NCBI GenBank assembly: GCA_963847165.1
Contig: CAWJYY010000010.1
Span: 40,634-104,633 of the forward strand
Origin: an uncultured Pseudomonadota bacterium
GTDB taxonomy: Bacteria; Pseudomonadota; Alphaproteobacteria; Caulobacterales; Aquidulcibacteraceae
Direction: 5' to 3'
Length of the DNA stretch: 64,000 bases
The notes under the pieces are model-generated. The model worked only from the letters and a program-made list of their open reading frames with translations. It was not told the DNA's origin and ran no database searches. A program made the translations under genes and the position numbers. Below are positions 43,621 through 56,470 of this stretch, in pieces (within the stretch, counting starts at the first letter, position 1; every line of letters begins with the position of its first letter).

Positions 43621-44535
43621 CTAGCGCGCCCCGCCGAGCGTGCCTTGCGTGTTGAGCGCGCGCAGGCTCTCCACCAGCCCCGCCAGGCCGCCCAAATCGG
43701 CCGGCACGATGACGGTGCGTTGCTGGTTTGAGGTGGAGAGCTGCGAGAACGCTTCGACGTATTTGAGCCCAAGGAAGTAGCGGATGGCGTTGACGTCGCC
43801 CTTGGCGATCGCCGCCGACACCACTTCCGTCGCCTTGGCTTCGGCCTCGGCGGCGCGTTCGCGCGCTTCGGCGGTGCGGAACGCGGCTTCGCGCTGACCT
43901 TCGGCCTGCAGGATCGCGGATTGCTTGGCGCCTTCGGCGCGCAGGATCGCGGCTTGCTTTTCGCCTTCGGCTTCAAGGATCGCGGCGCGGCGTTCGCGTT
44001 CGGCCTTCATTTGGCGCGCCATCGCAGCGGTGAGATCGGCCGGCGGCGTCAGGTCCTTGATTTCGATGCGCGTGCACTTCACGCCCCACGGATGCGTTGC
44101 GGCGTCGATCACTGTGAGCAGGCGCGCATTGATCTGTTCGCGTTCGGAGAGCACGGCGTCGAGTTCGAGGGAGCCAACGACGGTGCGGACGTTGGTGAGC
44201 GCGAGATTAAGAATGGCGAGGTTGAAGTTCTGCACTTCGTAGGCCGCTTGCGCCGCGTCGATCACCTGAATGAACACGACCGCGTCGACCGAAACGATGG
44301 CGTTGTCCTTGGTGATCACTTCCTGGCGCGGCACATCGAGCACCATCTCCATCATGGAGAGCTTGCGCCCGATGCGGTCGACGAACGGCATCAAGAACGA
44401 AATGCCGGGCTTCAGCACGCGCGTGAAGCGCCCGAAGCGCTCCACCGTCCATTGATAGCCCTGCGGCACGACCTTGATCGCGCTGAACGCCACCAAGATG
44501 GCGGCGATCGCTAGTACCAGAACGACCGAACCCAT
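43621..44535 (-). CDS. SPFH/band 7 protein (QmcA-like)
   Basis: VERFG, QEVITKDN, QMKAERERRA. Confidence 0.93.
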   Translation of the reverse strand: MGSVVLVLAIAAILVAFSAIKVVPQGYQWTVERFGRFTRVLKPGISFLMPFVDRIGRKLSMMEMVLDVPRQEVITKDNAIVSVDAVVFIQVIDAAQAAYEVQNFNLAILNLALTNVRTVVGSLELDAVLSEREQINARLLTVIDAATHPWGVKCTRIEIKDLTPPADLTAAMARQMKAERERRAAILEAEGEKQAAILRAEGAKQSAILQAEGQREAAFRTAEARERAAEAEAKATEVVSAAIAKGDVNAIRYFLGLKYVEAFSQLSTSNQQRTVIVPADLGGLAGLVESLRALNTQGTLGGAR

Positions 44536-44571
44536 TTCTCATCCCCGCTTCTGCGGTTCACGCGCGCCCGC

Positions 44572-45058
44572 TCAGCTCAATTGGCTGAGCATGTGTTCGG
44601 CGCTGGAAACCTTATATTCACCAGCTTCTTCAACGTTTAGGCTCTCTACCACGCCATCCTTGACGATCATTGAATAGCGCTTGGAACGCGAACCCATCCC
44701 GAATTTGGAGAAATCGGCGTCCAGGCCCACGGCCTTGGCGAAATCGCCGGAGCCGTCGGCGAGCATGACGATATCGTCGAGCGACGCTCTGATCTTTGGC
44801 CCAAGCGCTCATCACAAAATGATCGTTCACCGCTGTGCAGGCGATGGTGTCGACGCCCTTGGCTTTGAGGCTCGGCCGCGTGCTCGCGGAAGCTCGGCAA
44901 ATGCCGCGCCGAACAGGTCGGCGTAAAGGCGCCGGGAACCGCAAACAGCGCCACCGTCTTGCCGCCGAAAATTTCAGCCGTGCGCATTTGCTTCATGCCC
45001 TTCGCTGGTGGGCACATTGAACTGCACGTCGGGCAAGCTTGTCGCCAACTTTGATCAT
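44572..45058 (-). CDS. Peroxiredoxin, Prx5-type (frameshifted)
   Basis: PGAFTPTCSARHLP, VNDHFVMSAW, RSKRYSM. Confidence 0.92.
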
Positions 45059-45158
45059 GTCGCAGTCTCCTTTTTGGGTGAGCGCCCATGTAGGGCCAAG
45101 CGCGCCTTCAGATGCGAGCGCCACTTGCGCGGAACCGCCGCGGGTGGACGATTAAGCG

Positions 45159-45726
45159 ATGAGCGACAGCTATAGGCGGCGGCAAGCTCTTGGTGGCGAT
45201 GCCGGGGATCGGCGATCCCCGCTTCAGCCGTTCCGTCATCATGATGTGCACGCACGACGCCGAGCACGCCATGGGCGTTGTCATCAACAAGCCCAAGCAA
45301 GAAGTGACGCTGAGCGAAGTGCTAGGGCATTTGGGGCTAGACGCAAGCGATCGTGCTGGGCGCCCGGGCGGTGATGGACGGCGGGCCGGTGCGCCCCGAT
45401 CGCGGCTACGTGCTGCATTCGGCGGACTTCACCGCCCACGAAGGCACACAAGAAGTGGCGCCCGGGCATCCGACTGACGGCGACGCGCGAAGTGCTGGAA
45501 GCGGTGGCGAAGACCGATGCGCCGAAGGAATTCGTGCTGGCGCTCGGCTGCTCCGGCTGGGGCGCGGGTCAGCTTGAGGACGAGCTCAAGCAAAACGCCT
45601 GGCTTGTCGTCGACGCCGACAACGCCATCGTGTTCGACGCCGCCCACGAACAAGAAATGGGAGCGCGCGATTAAGTCACTGGGCTTCGATCCCTCGCAGC
45701 TCTCATCGGCGCAAGGCAGCGCCTAG
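45159..45726 (+). CDS. YqgE/AlgH family protein (frameshifted)
   Basis: AMPGIGDPRF, GGPV, GWGAGQLE. Confidence 0.9.
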
Positions 45727-47388
45727 CTGAAGCGGCGCACAAAGGTGAGGCCCGAGAACAGCATCTGCGTCGGGCGCCCATCGATGACGCCGTCAAATCG
45801 AATGCGTTCGGGCGACCACTCATCGCCGCCGTAACGCCATGAGCCGTCGCCGAGCGGGGTCAGCGCCTCGGTGTTGCCGAGCCAGAGCTTGCCATCGCGC
45901 GCCACCACTGTCGCCGGTCCCCACCATCGATCGTCATTGTCGTAGCGGCCCGGCAAGCGCGCGAAGCTCAGCCGACGCAGGCGGTTTATAGCCGTGCGCC
46001 GGATCGATGACGTATTCGACGTCATCGGCCCAAGCGCGCACGGCGTGGTCGTTTTCGAGATCAAACACCAAGCCGCTGACGGCGAAAGCGGGATCGGCGC
46101 AGGCAAAGCCGCCGCCGACGAATTGCATGTCGGACACTTGGCCGTTGTGGCGCAGTTTCACCTGATCGCCCGCGAGTTGAACTTCGAAATGATCTCCGTT
46201 CGCGGCCGTGAATAGCCCGCGTAGCGCTCTGGATGTTCGACATTTGGCCGCGTCGGCTTCGGCGTCGGCGTGGGTCCCCCCTCGCGTGCGGCGCGGAAAA
46301 GCTGGCAGGCGTAAATGGTCACATCGCGCGGGCGATAATTGAGACCGCCGCCGACATTGGCGGAAGCGAACGCCGCGACGCCCGCCTCGATATCAACATG
46401 GATCGCCGAGGAGAACGACACCATGCCGCCGGTATGGTGCAGATAGTGGCGCCCATCGATGCTGACGCGGGCGAGGCCGTTGCCGTACGCGCCGCCTTCG
46501 CCCCAGCCAGGCGTCGACACGGCGATGAATTGCGCTGCGGCCGCATCCGACAGCACCGGGGCGCCGCGGCCTTGCGCGAGGCCGATGAGGAAGCGCGAAA
46601 AGATCGCCATGTCGTGAGCGGTGGACGCCACGCATCCGGCGCCGATATCGGTGTCGATCCACGGCGCCGGCGTCATCGCGGCGGGGCGCAAATTGGCGCG
46701 GTCGTTGAATTCCGGCTCATAGCCTTGCGGATAGCGCGCCCGATCGCCGACACGGATCGCCGTAAACGTTTGCGTCATGCCAAGAGGGCGCAGCACCCGT
46801 GCTGCGAGCGCTTCCTGGAGGGAGCGCCCGTCGCGGCGGGCGATGATCTTGCCGATGATCTCGTAACCGAGATTGCAATAAGACCAGTGCGCGCCCGGCG
46901 CATACCCGCTCCACAGGCCGCCTGGCGGAAACATCGGCGCGTTGTCCGGCATGCCGGTGGTGTGGTTGAGCAGGTGCTGCAGCGTGATGTCGCCGCCATT
47001 GGCGATCATCAATTCCGGCATCAGTTGGGCCAGCCTCGCATCGGCTGCGAGCTTGCCTTCCTGGATCATCGACCAGGCGGTCAGCGCAACCATCATCTTG
47101 GTGATCGAGCCGATCTGAAAGATATGATCGTCGCGGATCGGCTCGCGCCGTTCGACATAGGCCCAGCCGGAGCGGATGAAACCGCTATAGCCGTCGCGAT
47201 CGACGACGCACACCGTCATGCCTGGCAAACCCCAATCGGCGCGATGTTGCTCGACGTAGCGCAAAAGCTGGCCCAGCGCGCGCTGCTGCGCCGGCGTTGG
47301 CGCCGCTGGCGCTTGTCGACGCCGCCGCTTGGGTGGCGGCCGCCAACACAGCGCCGCCGCCGACAAACGCTCTGCGATTGAGCTGCAT
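45723..47388 (-). CDS. Tat-exported serine hydrolase, beta-lactamase family (frameshifted)
   Basis: NRRAF, SITK, YCN, HTGG. Confidence 0.88.
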
Positions 47389-47456
47389 GAAATGTCCCCC
47401 GTCTTCGAAGGACACTAGCGCAGGCGAGGCCGCGCGCTAGACGGCTTCCGCGCCAA

Positions 47457-47699
47457 TTAGGCGCACGGCGTCTTGCGCCGCACACGTTCGCTTGACGGAG
47501 GATATTTCACCAGCATGGCTGGGGGCCTTATCGGGCGGCGAACGAGATCACCGCCGCAATTCGGGCAAACGCCCTTGAGCACGACCCTCCGCACAGATCG
47601 GCGCAGAACGTGCACTCAAATGTGCAGATGCGCGCCTCGGCGCTTTCCGGCGGCCAAGTCCTTATCGCAGCATTCGCAGTTCGGCTTCAGCGCCAGCAT
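47457..47699 (-). CDS. DUF1272 small Cys-rich protein (frameshifted)
   Basis: [36 protein letters not shown]. Confidence 0.85.
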
Positions 47700-48389
47700 C
47701 AGCGCCTTCCCCGCATTTGATTCGATCGCCCTGACGACGCTGCTCGGCGAAGGCCGCGAAGCGCGACTTCACGGCGTTGACGGTTTCCGGCGACGCCGTT
47801 TCCGGGCGGCCGGAATTGAACGGCGGCGCCGGCGCGTATTCGATCATCAGCTGGATCATTTTCGCCGTTTCTTCGCCGGCGATTTCGGCGACGATGGTCA
47901 GCGCGATGTCGATGCCCGCGGTGACGCCGCCGCCGGTGAAGACGTTGCCGTCACGCACGACGCGCGCCGGCATCGGGAATGGCGCCGAACGCGGCCAGCA
48001 ATTCGCGATACGCCCAATGGCTGCCGGCGCGCTTGCCTTTGAGCAGCCCCGCCGCCGCCAGAATGAGCGAGCCCGTGCAGACGGAGGTGACGATAGCGTC
48101 GCGCCTTCGCCGAGCCGCTTCACTTCGCCCATGAAGTCCGGATCGAGCATAGCGTCGGTTTGTCCCGGCCCGCCCGGGATCATGATCATGTCGGCGCGAT
48201 CGATGTCGGCAAGGCAACGCATAGCCGCCGAAGATCAGACCGGTCTCGGAAACAAGCGAGCCGCCATCCTTCGACGCGAGCACGATCTCGGCGTCCGGCA
48301 TGCGCGCCAGCACTTCATAGGGGCCGGTGAAATCGAGCTGCGTCAGCCGCGGATAGAGAATGAAAACGATGCGAAACGGCTCTGCGCAT
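47699..48389 (-). CDS. DJ-1/PfpI family protein (InhA-like, frameshifted)
   Basis: [32 protein letters not shown]. Confidence 0.9.
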
Positions 48390-48433
48390 GCGCGTTGCTC
48401 CTGTTGACGGGCTGCTTATAGCGCGCTCATTCA

Positions 48434-48470
48434 TTGGCTGAAATGTCAAAGAAACCTCGATTTCCGCCAA
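48434..48470. promoter_or_regulatory. Inverted-repeat operator in the DJ-1/GlxA divergent promoter
   Basis: TTGGCTGAAAT-N15-ATTTCCGCCAA (10/11 match). Confidence 0.6.
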
Positions 48471-49478
48471 CGCGCGGCGCCGCCATCGCCGCCGCCATCG
48501 CCGCTTCGACTTCCGCCGCTGCTTCCGACCGCGCCGCGCGCCATCGCCTTCGTGATTTTCCCGGATTTCCAGATCCTGGACGTCGCCGGCCCGCTGGCTG
48601 CGTTCGAGATCGCCGCCTTGGCGCAACCAAGCCTCTATAGGCTCAGCGTCGTTGCGGTGCGCACCGGGCTGGTGCGATCTTCCTCCGGCGTCGCCATGCC
48701 CGCCCAGGCGCTCGCCTGCTTGCGCGACGCCGACACCCTCATCGTCGCCGGAGGCCAGGGCGCGCGCAGCGCAATCGCCGATAATGGCCTGCTTGGCGCA
48801 CTCAAGCGGCTCCACCCGCGCGTGCGGCGCATGGCGAGCGTGTGCTCGGGCGCATTCCTGTTGGCCGGCGCGGGCTTGCTCGACGGCAAGCGCGCGACCA
48901 CACATTGGCGCCATGCGTCGCTCTTGGCGCGGCTCTTTCCCAAGCTGCGCGTCGAGCCCGATCGCATTCACATCCGGGAAGGAAAGATTTGGACTTCAGC
49001 CGGCGTCACCGCCGGCATCGATCTTGCGCTCGCCATGATCGGCGAGGATTTGGGCGATGACGTCGCAACCGCTGTCGCGCGCGAAATGGTGGTGTACGCC
49101 AAGCGCCCCGGCGGCCAGGCGCAGCATTCGGCCCTGCTCGACCTCGACGCCGAGAACGACCGCTTCGCCAAGTTGAATGCGTGGATGCGCGAGCATTTGC
49201 ACGAAGATCTCAGCGTCGAGCGGCTGGCGCGCGAAGTCGCCATGAGCGAACGCAATTTCGCACGCCTCTACGTCAGCGGAAACCGGCGTCACGCCGGCGA
49301 AGGCGGTCGAGCGGCTGCGCGCCGAGGCCGCACGTGCGGCGCTCGAGCAGCGGCGGACAAATCCAAGACGATCGCGCGCAAGACCGGCTTCGGCGATGGC
49401 GAGCGCATGCGCCGCGCGTTCATGCGCCTTTACGGGGCCCCGCCAGCAGCGCTGCGGCGAACGTTGCGGCACGCTTGA
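48443..49478 (+). CDS. GlxA-family AraC regulator (frameshifted, start uncertain)
   Basis: LDVAGP, SVCSGAF, TSAGVTAGID, RPGGQAQ, MSERNFAR. Confidence 0.9.
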
Positions 49479-49509
49479 CGGAACGCGCTCGGCGTCCGAC
49501 GACGAGCCC

Positions 49510-50322
49510 ATGACCGCACAAGACGCACAAAAGACCATTTTCATCACCGGCGCCGGCTCCGGCATCGGGCGCGCCACCGCGCAACTCTTCGCGCAGCGCG
49601 GCTGGTTCGTCGGCCTCTTTGACGTGAACCCGAACGGGCCTTGAAGAAACCGCCGCCAGCCTGCCGGAAGGTCAACGCATTTCAATGGCGTTCGACGTGC
49701 GCGATCGAAACGGTTGGGCGCGCGCCGTCGACGCCTTCGGGCAAGCCACCAATCGACGCATGCATGTGCTTTTCAACAATGCCGGCGTCGGCAAGGGCGG
49801 CTTCATCGAAGAAATGCGCGCCGAGGACATCGATCTTGTGCTCGATGTGAATCTAAAGGGCGTCATCAACGGCGTGAACGCCGCTCTGCCGTTGCTGCGC
49901 GAAACGCCCGGCGCGCGCATTGTCAACACCGCCTCCGTCGCCGGCGTCATTGGGCGCGCCGCGGCTTGCGGTGTATTGCGCCACGAAGTTCGGCGTGCGT
50001 GGGCTCACTGAAGCTCTCGATGTCGAATTTTCGCGCTTCGGCATCCGCGTCGTCAGCCTGATGCCATGGTTCATCGACACCGCCATTCTCGACGGCATGT
50101 CGGCGGCTGAAGTCCAATCGCACCATTCGCGACAGTCTCGTCGAAAACAAAACCGCGATCTATCCGGTCAGCATGGCCGCCGAGCGCGCCTGGGATGCAG
50201 CGCACGGCAACGACCTCCACTACATGGTCGGCAAGGAAGCCGAGCGCGCACGCTTTTTCGCGCGCTTCTTCCCGGGCGTGATGCGCAAACAGATTTTGAA
50301 GGGCTTCGCGTCAGACGCTTGA
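49510..50322 (+). CDS. Short-chain dehydrogenase/reductase (frameshifted)
   Basis: TGAGSGIG, NNAG, YCATK. Confidence 0.9.
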
Positions 50323-50329
50323 GCGGTCC

Positions 50330-51533
50330 TTAAGCGGGGCTGGCGCCCGCGTGCTCGGCTTGGGCGGTGTGTTCAGCCGGCGTCGAGGCCGTGGGCGCAG
50401 ACGCCGGCGGTTGCGCGGGCGGCGCCGTGGCGTCGTCGTCGGCCGCGGCGGCGGCATCGGCCGCCGCCTGGTCGGCCGGCGGGATCAGCGGCGCTTCTTG
50501 GGCGGTCACGGCCGGCGCACGGCGATGGACGGCCGCGTCCATCAGCTCGGCCCGTTCGGCGGCGTTCGGCATGCGATAGAAGACGTGGCTGCCGATCTGT
50601 GGTCGTCTCAATCAGCATCGTCGACCAGCCCGGGTTCACCGCATTGGTGTGATAGTGGGTGGCGTGTTGGGTGATCGGGCGGGTGTAGCCGCTCATCACC
50701 GCGGTCGCTAGGTGCTGGGCTTGGATCCAGGCGCGGCCGCGCGGATGCGCCGCCAGCGACCCATCGCAGGTGAAGGTGAATTGGCAGCCGGTGTCGCGGT
50801 CGGAGCCTTGATAGACCACCGCGCAAATGGACTTCGGATAGAACGGCGAGTGCACGCGGTTCATGACCACTTCGGCGACCGCCACCTGGCCCTGCTGGGT
50901 CTCGCCGCGCGCTTCGTAATAGATCGCTTGCGGAGAGGCAGTTGTGCTCGCGCACGTTGATCGACGGCTGCGCCGGCGCAGCCGGTTGCGGCGCTGAGCG
51001 GGCCGCGCAGCACCGCTGACACCAGCAGCGCGCGGGCGTCGGCGCTGTCAAAGAGGGTCGCCGTGCCGCGAGCGCGAAGGCCATCGCCATTGGTGCGCAG
51101 CGAGGTCAGCTCGACACGGGCGGTCGGGATCGCTCTGCTGCAGCAGGTTTTGCTGGAAGGCTTGGCGGAAGGCCGTGGACGTAGCCGTCCATTCAGCGCC
51201 TTCACGCTGTTCGGCGGCGCGATACGAAATCACAGGCATGGCGACGGCAGCCGCGGCCAAGCACATGATCGTCGCTGCGCCCTGGCGCACGGCCAGGGGG
51301 TTCCGTTCGATCTCCACCATCACTTGGGTCCGAATTTCACCCGCAAAGATAGCCAGTCGACGCCAGAACAACGACAAATGCATTAAGCCCCGCTTAATTG
51401 CGTGCAGTTTTGGCACAGATAACCGCCAAGCAAACTGCCGTGACCGCAACAATAACGCCTCGCCAACAACCTGACGCGAAGCTGGGCGGGCATACACGCC
51501 GCTCACCGGGGGGGCGATTGACTTTTTGTTCAT
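50330..51533 (-). CDS. Cell wall hydrolase, SleB/Hydrolase_2 (frameshifted, start uncertain)
   Basis: AIYYEARGE, AVAEVVMNRV, CQFTFTCDG, ATHYH, IGSHVFY. Confidence 0.88.
51383..51397. promoter_or_regulatory. CtrA-type site
   Basis: TTAA-GCCCCGC-TTAA, exact TTAA-N7-TTAA. Confidence 0.45.
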
Positions 51534-51726
51534 AGTCCCCGTTCCCGGTTTACTTGGCTGCCCTTTAGGTCCAGCTGCGGCCTCCCGGACACGCCGAGAA
51601 AGCCCAAAGCGGCCAAAGCCTTGCCAGGATCGTGCCGGTTCACCTGTTAAGCGAACCGGGCCGCGACCTCCCGCCGCGCGGCAAATGAAGTGTTGACGTC
51701 GCGGCGCCTCAGGCGGCGGGGCGACT

Positions 51727-54401
51727 TCAACGCTTGGCGGCGAGCACGGCCTGGGCTGCGGCCAAGCGAGCGATGGGCACGCGATAGGGTGAACAGGACA
51801 CGTAATCGAGCCCGACGCGCTCGAAAAACGCGACCGAGGCGGGGTCGCCTCCGTGTTCTCCACAAACGCCAAGCTTCAACCCCACACGAACTCTTCGTCC
51901 ACGCTCGCAGGCCATCCCCACCAGCTCCCCCACGCCTTCGGCGTCTATGGAAACAAACGGGTCGTGCGGTAACACGGCGCGCTCGACAAAGGTTCCGAGG
52001 AACTTTCCAGAATCGTCGCGCGACAGGCCCATCGTGGTCTGGGTGAGGTCATTGGTGCCGAATGAGAAGAATTCCGCCGACTGCGGCGATCTCGCCTGCG
52101 AGCAATGCCGCGCGCGGCAACTCAATCATGGTGCCCACGGAATAACCGAGTTTTCGTTCTTTCTCGGCGAACACCTCTTCCGCGATTGCATCGACTCGCG
52201 CCTTGATGAGATCGAATTCCGCCTTCGAGATGACAAACGGCACCATGATTTCCGGAACCGGCTCGGCGCCGGTTTCCTGCGCCACATCGCACGCCGCTTC
52301 GAAGACGGCGCGCGTCTGCATCTCGTAGATTTCCGGATAGACGACCGCGAGCCGGCAGCCGCGGAACCCCAGCATCGGGTTTACTTCCGCAAGCTCCTTT
52401 ACGCGCGCCATCAACGCTCTCGCATCGACGCCCAAGGTCTTGGCGACTTCAATCGAGTCCGCTTCTGTGTGCGGCAGAAACTCATGCAACGGCGGATCGA
52501 GGAAACGGATGGTCACCGGCCGCGCGCCCATGATGCGGAAGATCTCGATGAAGTCGTTGCGCTGGTGGCGGTTCAAGTTTCGCGAGCGCCGCCACGCGCC
52601 CCTCTTTGGTCGCAGCCAGGATCATTTCGCGAACTGCGGCGATGCGTTCGGCGTCGAAGAACATGTGCTCGGTGCGGCAAAGGCCGACGCCTTCGGCGCC
52701 GAATTTGACCGCCGTGCGCGCATCCTCCGGGGTCTCGGCGTTGGCGCGCACTTTCATGCGCCGCGCTTTGTCGGCCCATTCCATCAGCGTGCCGAAATCA
52801 CCGGTGAGTTCGGGCTGCACCATGTCGGCGGCGCCCATCAATACTTCGCCAGTCGAGCCATCGACGGTAATCGTCTCGCCTTTCTTCACCACCCGCGCGC
52901 CAACGCGGAAGACGCCCTCCTTCATGTCGATGCGAATTTCGCCCGCGCCCGACACGCACGGCCGGCCCATGCCGCGCGCGACAACAGCCGCATGGCTGGT
53001 CATGCCGCCGCGCGCGGTCACGATCGCTTTCGAGGCGTGCATGCCGTGAATGTCTTCTGGGCTTGTCTCTTCGCGCACCAGGATGACGCTCTTGCCCGCG
53101 AGCGCGAGCTCGGCGGCTTCGTCGGGATCAAACACGACAACGCCCACCGCCGCGCCCGGCGACGCCGGCAAGCCTTTGCAGATCAGGCTGCGATGATAGT
53201 TCGGCGAAATGGTCGGGATGCAGCAGCTGATCGAGCGCCATCGGATCGATGCGCAGGATGGCTTCGTCCTCGGTGATCAGCTTTTCGCGCGCCATGTCGA
53301 CGGCGATCTTCAACGCCGCCTTGGCGGTGCGTTTGCCGTTGCGGGTCTGCAGCATGTAGAGCGTGCCGCGTTCGACCGTGAACTCCAGGTCCTGCATGTC
53401 GCGATAGTGCGCCTCCAGCGATTGGTAGACGGCCGTCAACTCGGCGAACACATCCGGCATCGCCTCTTCCAGCGATTGGCCGCCCTCGCTCATCGCTTCG
53501 GCGAGCCGCCTTCGTCAGCGGCTTCGGCGTGCGGATGCCGGCGACGACGTCCTCACCCTGGGCGTTGATGAGATACTCGCCGTAGAATTTCTTCTCGCCG
53601 GTCGAGGGATCGCGCGTGAATGCAACGCCGGTGGCGCTCGTCTCGCCCATATTGCCGAACACCATCGCCTGCACATTGACGGCGGTGCCCCAGCTTTCCG
53701 GGATGTTGTTGTGCTTCCGGTAGAAGATCGCCCGATCGTTCATCCAGCTTGAGAACACCGCGCCGATGGCGCCCCAGAGCTGCTCCTTCGGATCGGAGGG
53801 AAACGGCTTACCGAGCTGGCGCTCGACGATGCGTTTGAACTCGGCGACGATCTCTCCTCCAATCGTCGGCGTTCAGCTCAGTATCGGCGCGATAATCGCG
53901 TTCATCCTTCAATGCGCCCAGCGTTTCCTCAAACGCGCCGTGCTCCAATTCGAGCACGACGTCGGAATACATCTGAATGAAGCGGCGATAGCTGTCGTAA
54001 GCGAAGCGGGGGTCTTCTGCGAGCTTCGCCAGGCCTTCAACGGTCTCATCGTTGAGGCCGAGGTTCAGGACTGTATCCATCATGCCCGGCATCGAGGCGC
54101 GCGCGCCTGAGCGCACCGACACGAGCAGCGGATTGCCCGCGTCGCCGAACTTCTTGCCGGTCTTGCTTTCAAGCGAAGCCAGCGCCGCATCGACTTGCGC
54201 GCTCAGATCAGCTGGATACTTGCGTTGGTTCTTGTAGAACTCGGCGCAGACTTCCGTCGTCAGCGTAAACCCCGGCGGCACCGGCAGCCCAAGCTTGGCC
54301 ATCTCGGCCAAGTTCGCGCCCTTGCCGCCGAGCAAGGCCTTCATCGACGCATCGCCCGCGCTCTCGCCGCCACCGAAGCCATAAACCCATTGCTTCGTCA
54401 T
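51727..54401 (-). CDS. ppdK: Pyruvate phosphate dikinase (frameshifted)
   Basis: [42 protein letters not shown]. Confidence 0.96.
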
Positions 54402-54414
54402 GCGCGGCCCTTCG

Positions 54415-56470
54415 CTAGCCCTCGATTTTTGAGAAGTCCGCCACCGCGGACGACGCCTCAACTAAGCGAGAGAGCAGCAAAAGTCTATTGCGGCGCAACA
54501 TGGCGTCCTCGGCGTTGACCAGCACGTTCTCGAAGAACCCATCCACCGGCGCGCGCAACGCCGAGAGCGCCTTCATCGCCGCCGCGAAGTCTTCCTTCTC
54601 CACCCCCGCGCGCGCCTCAGGAACCGCTGCTTCGAGCGCCGCGTAAAGCGCCTTCTCCGCGGGCTCGCCAAGAGCTTGGCGCATCGAGCCCAGCTTTGGC
54701 GTCGGCCTGCGCTGAGCCCTTTGCCCTTCTTCTCTTCCGCCGCCAGAATGTTGGCGGCGCGCTTGTAGCCCGCGAGCAGGTTCGCGCCGTCTTCGGTTTT
54801 CAGGAACGCATCGAGCGCTTCAACGCGCGCGACGATGCGGACGAGATCGTCATCGCCAAGCGCAAAGACGGCGTCGACGAGATCGTGGCGCTTGCCGGAA
54901 TCGCGGAGTTGCACTTTGAGGCGATCGGCGAGGAAGGCGAGCAGGTTCAGAGCTGACGCACGATCGCCATGCCGATCTAGAATGTCGCCCAATGGAAGGC
55001 GCAGTCCGTTGACAAGAATTATTGCGACAACGCCGAGCGCCGAGCGTCGAAGCGCGTAGGGATCCCTTGATCCGTGGCCTTTCATCAATGCGCCAGAACT
55101 CCAACGAGGGTATCCAGCTTATCGGCGAGTGCGAGCGTGACGGCGACATTGTCGGTCGGCACGCGATCGTTTGGCCCGAGCGGGCGGTAGTGATCCTCTA
55201 TCGCGACGGCGACGCTGTCGTGTTCGCCGGTGGTTGCAAGTTCGCGTCCGATCTGGCCTTGCAGCTCGGGGAATTCGCCCACCGTCTCCGTGACCAAATC
55301 CATTTTGCAGAGATCGGCGGCGCGCGTGACCTGCTCTTCATCGGCGCCGGTCACGGCGCAAAGCTCGACCGCCAGCGCCTTCACGCGCTCGACTTTGTCC
55401 CAGACGCTGCCGAGCTTCTGGTGGAAGACGATCTTTTCAAGCTTCGCCTTGCGCGCTTCGGTGAAGAGCGGCGTCTTCTTGTCCGTCGCCCAGAAGAATT
55501 GCGCATCGTTCAGCCGCGCCGACAGCACACGCGCGTTGCCCGCCGCGATCGCCTTGCCGCCGTCCTTGGCTTCAATGTTCGCGAACGCAATGAAATGCGG
55601 CGCGAGCTTCATGGTCTTGGGATTGCGCACGGCGAAATATTTTTGGTGCGTGCGCATCGAAAGCCGGATCACTTCTCCCGGCAGGTCGAGAAAGCGCCGG
55701 TCCATGTCGCCGAATATCATCTGCGGCCATTCGCAGAGCCCGACCACCTCCTCGACCAGCCCCTGATCCTCAACCCACTCAAGCCCGCGCTGCTCGCACG
55801 CCCGTTTGGCGGCGGCGACGATGTAATTCTTACGCTCCTCGCGGAGCGCCATGACCTTGGCGCTGCGAAGAGCGGCGTCATAAGCCTCAAACGAGGTCAC
55901 CGCGATCTTCGCTGGCGCATGGAAGCGATGCCCCCACGTCGCCGCTTCGCTGGCCACGCCAGCAACCGCGATCTTCACTTCGCGGCCATCGAACACGCAG
56001 CAAATGTTATGCAATGGGCGCACCCAGGTGAGGTCGCTCGATTGCGATCGCATCGATTTCGGCCACGGGAATTGCCGGATGATCTCCGCTAGCGCCTCTT
56101 GCACGATCGCCGGCGTCGCCGCCCCTGGGCGCTCGATGCGCGCCACGTAAAATGCGCCCTTCTTGTCCTCGACCACTTGCGCTTCGCTGATCGCCTTCAA
56201 CCCAGCGCTTTTCAAAAACCCCTGGATCGCCTGATCCGGCGCATCCACACGCGGGCCCTTCTTCTCTTCCTTGAAGTCCGCCGCCCTCGCCGGCAGATCA
56301 GCGATGCTGGCGCCCAGCCGGCGTGGACCCGACAACGTGCGCGCATGCTTGAACGAGAGCCCGCGCGCTTCCAGCTTCTCGCGCAAAAGCTTCAGCAAAT
56401 CCTCTTCCGCCCGCTTTTGCATGCGCGCCGGGATTTCTTCGCTGAACAATTCGATGAAAAGCTCGGGCAT
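54415..56470 (-). CDS. glyS: Glycine-tRNA ligase beta subunit (frameshifted)
   Basis: EEIPARM, WPKSM, EFPELQG, DPYALRR. Confidence 0.95.

Noticed and set aside
45723-47388. Antibiotic resistance gene
   Set aside because: Generic SxxK serine hydrolase in backbone context; no evidence for beta-lactamase activity.
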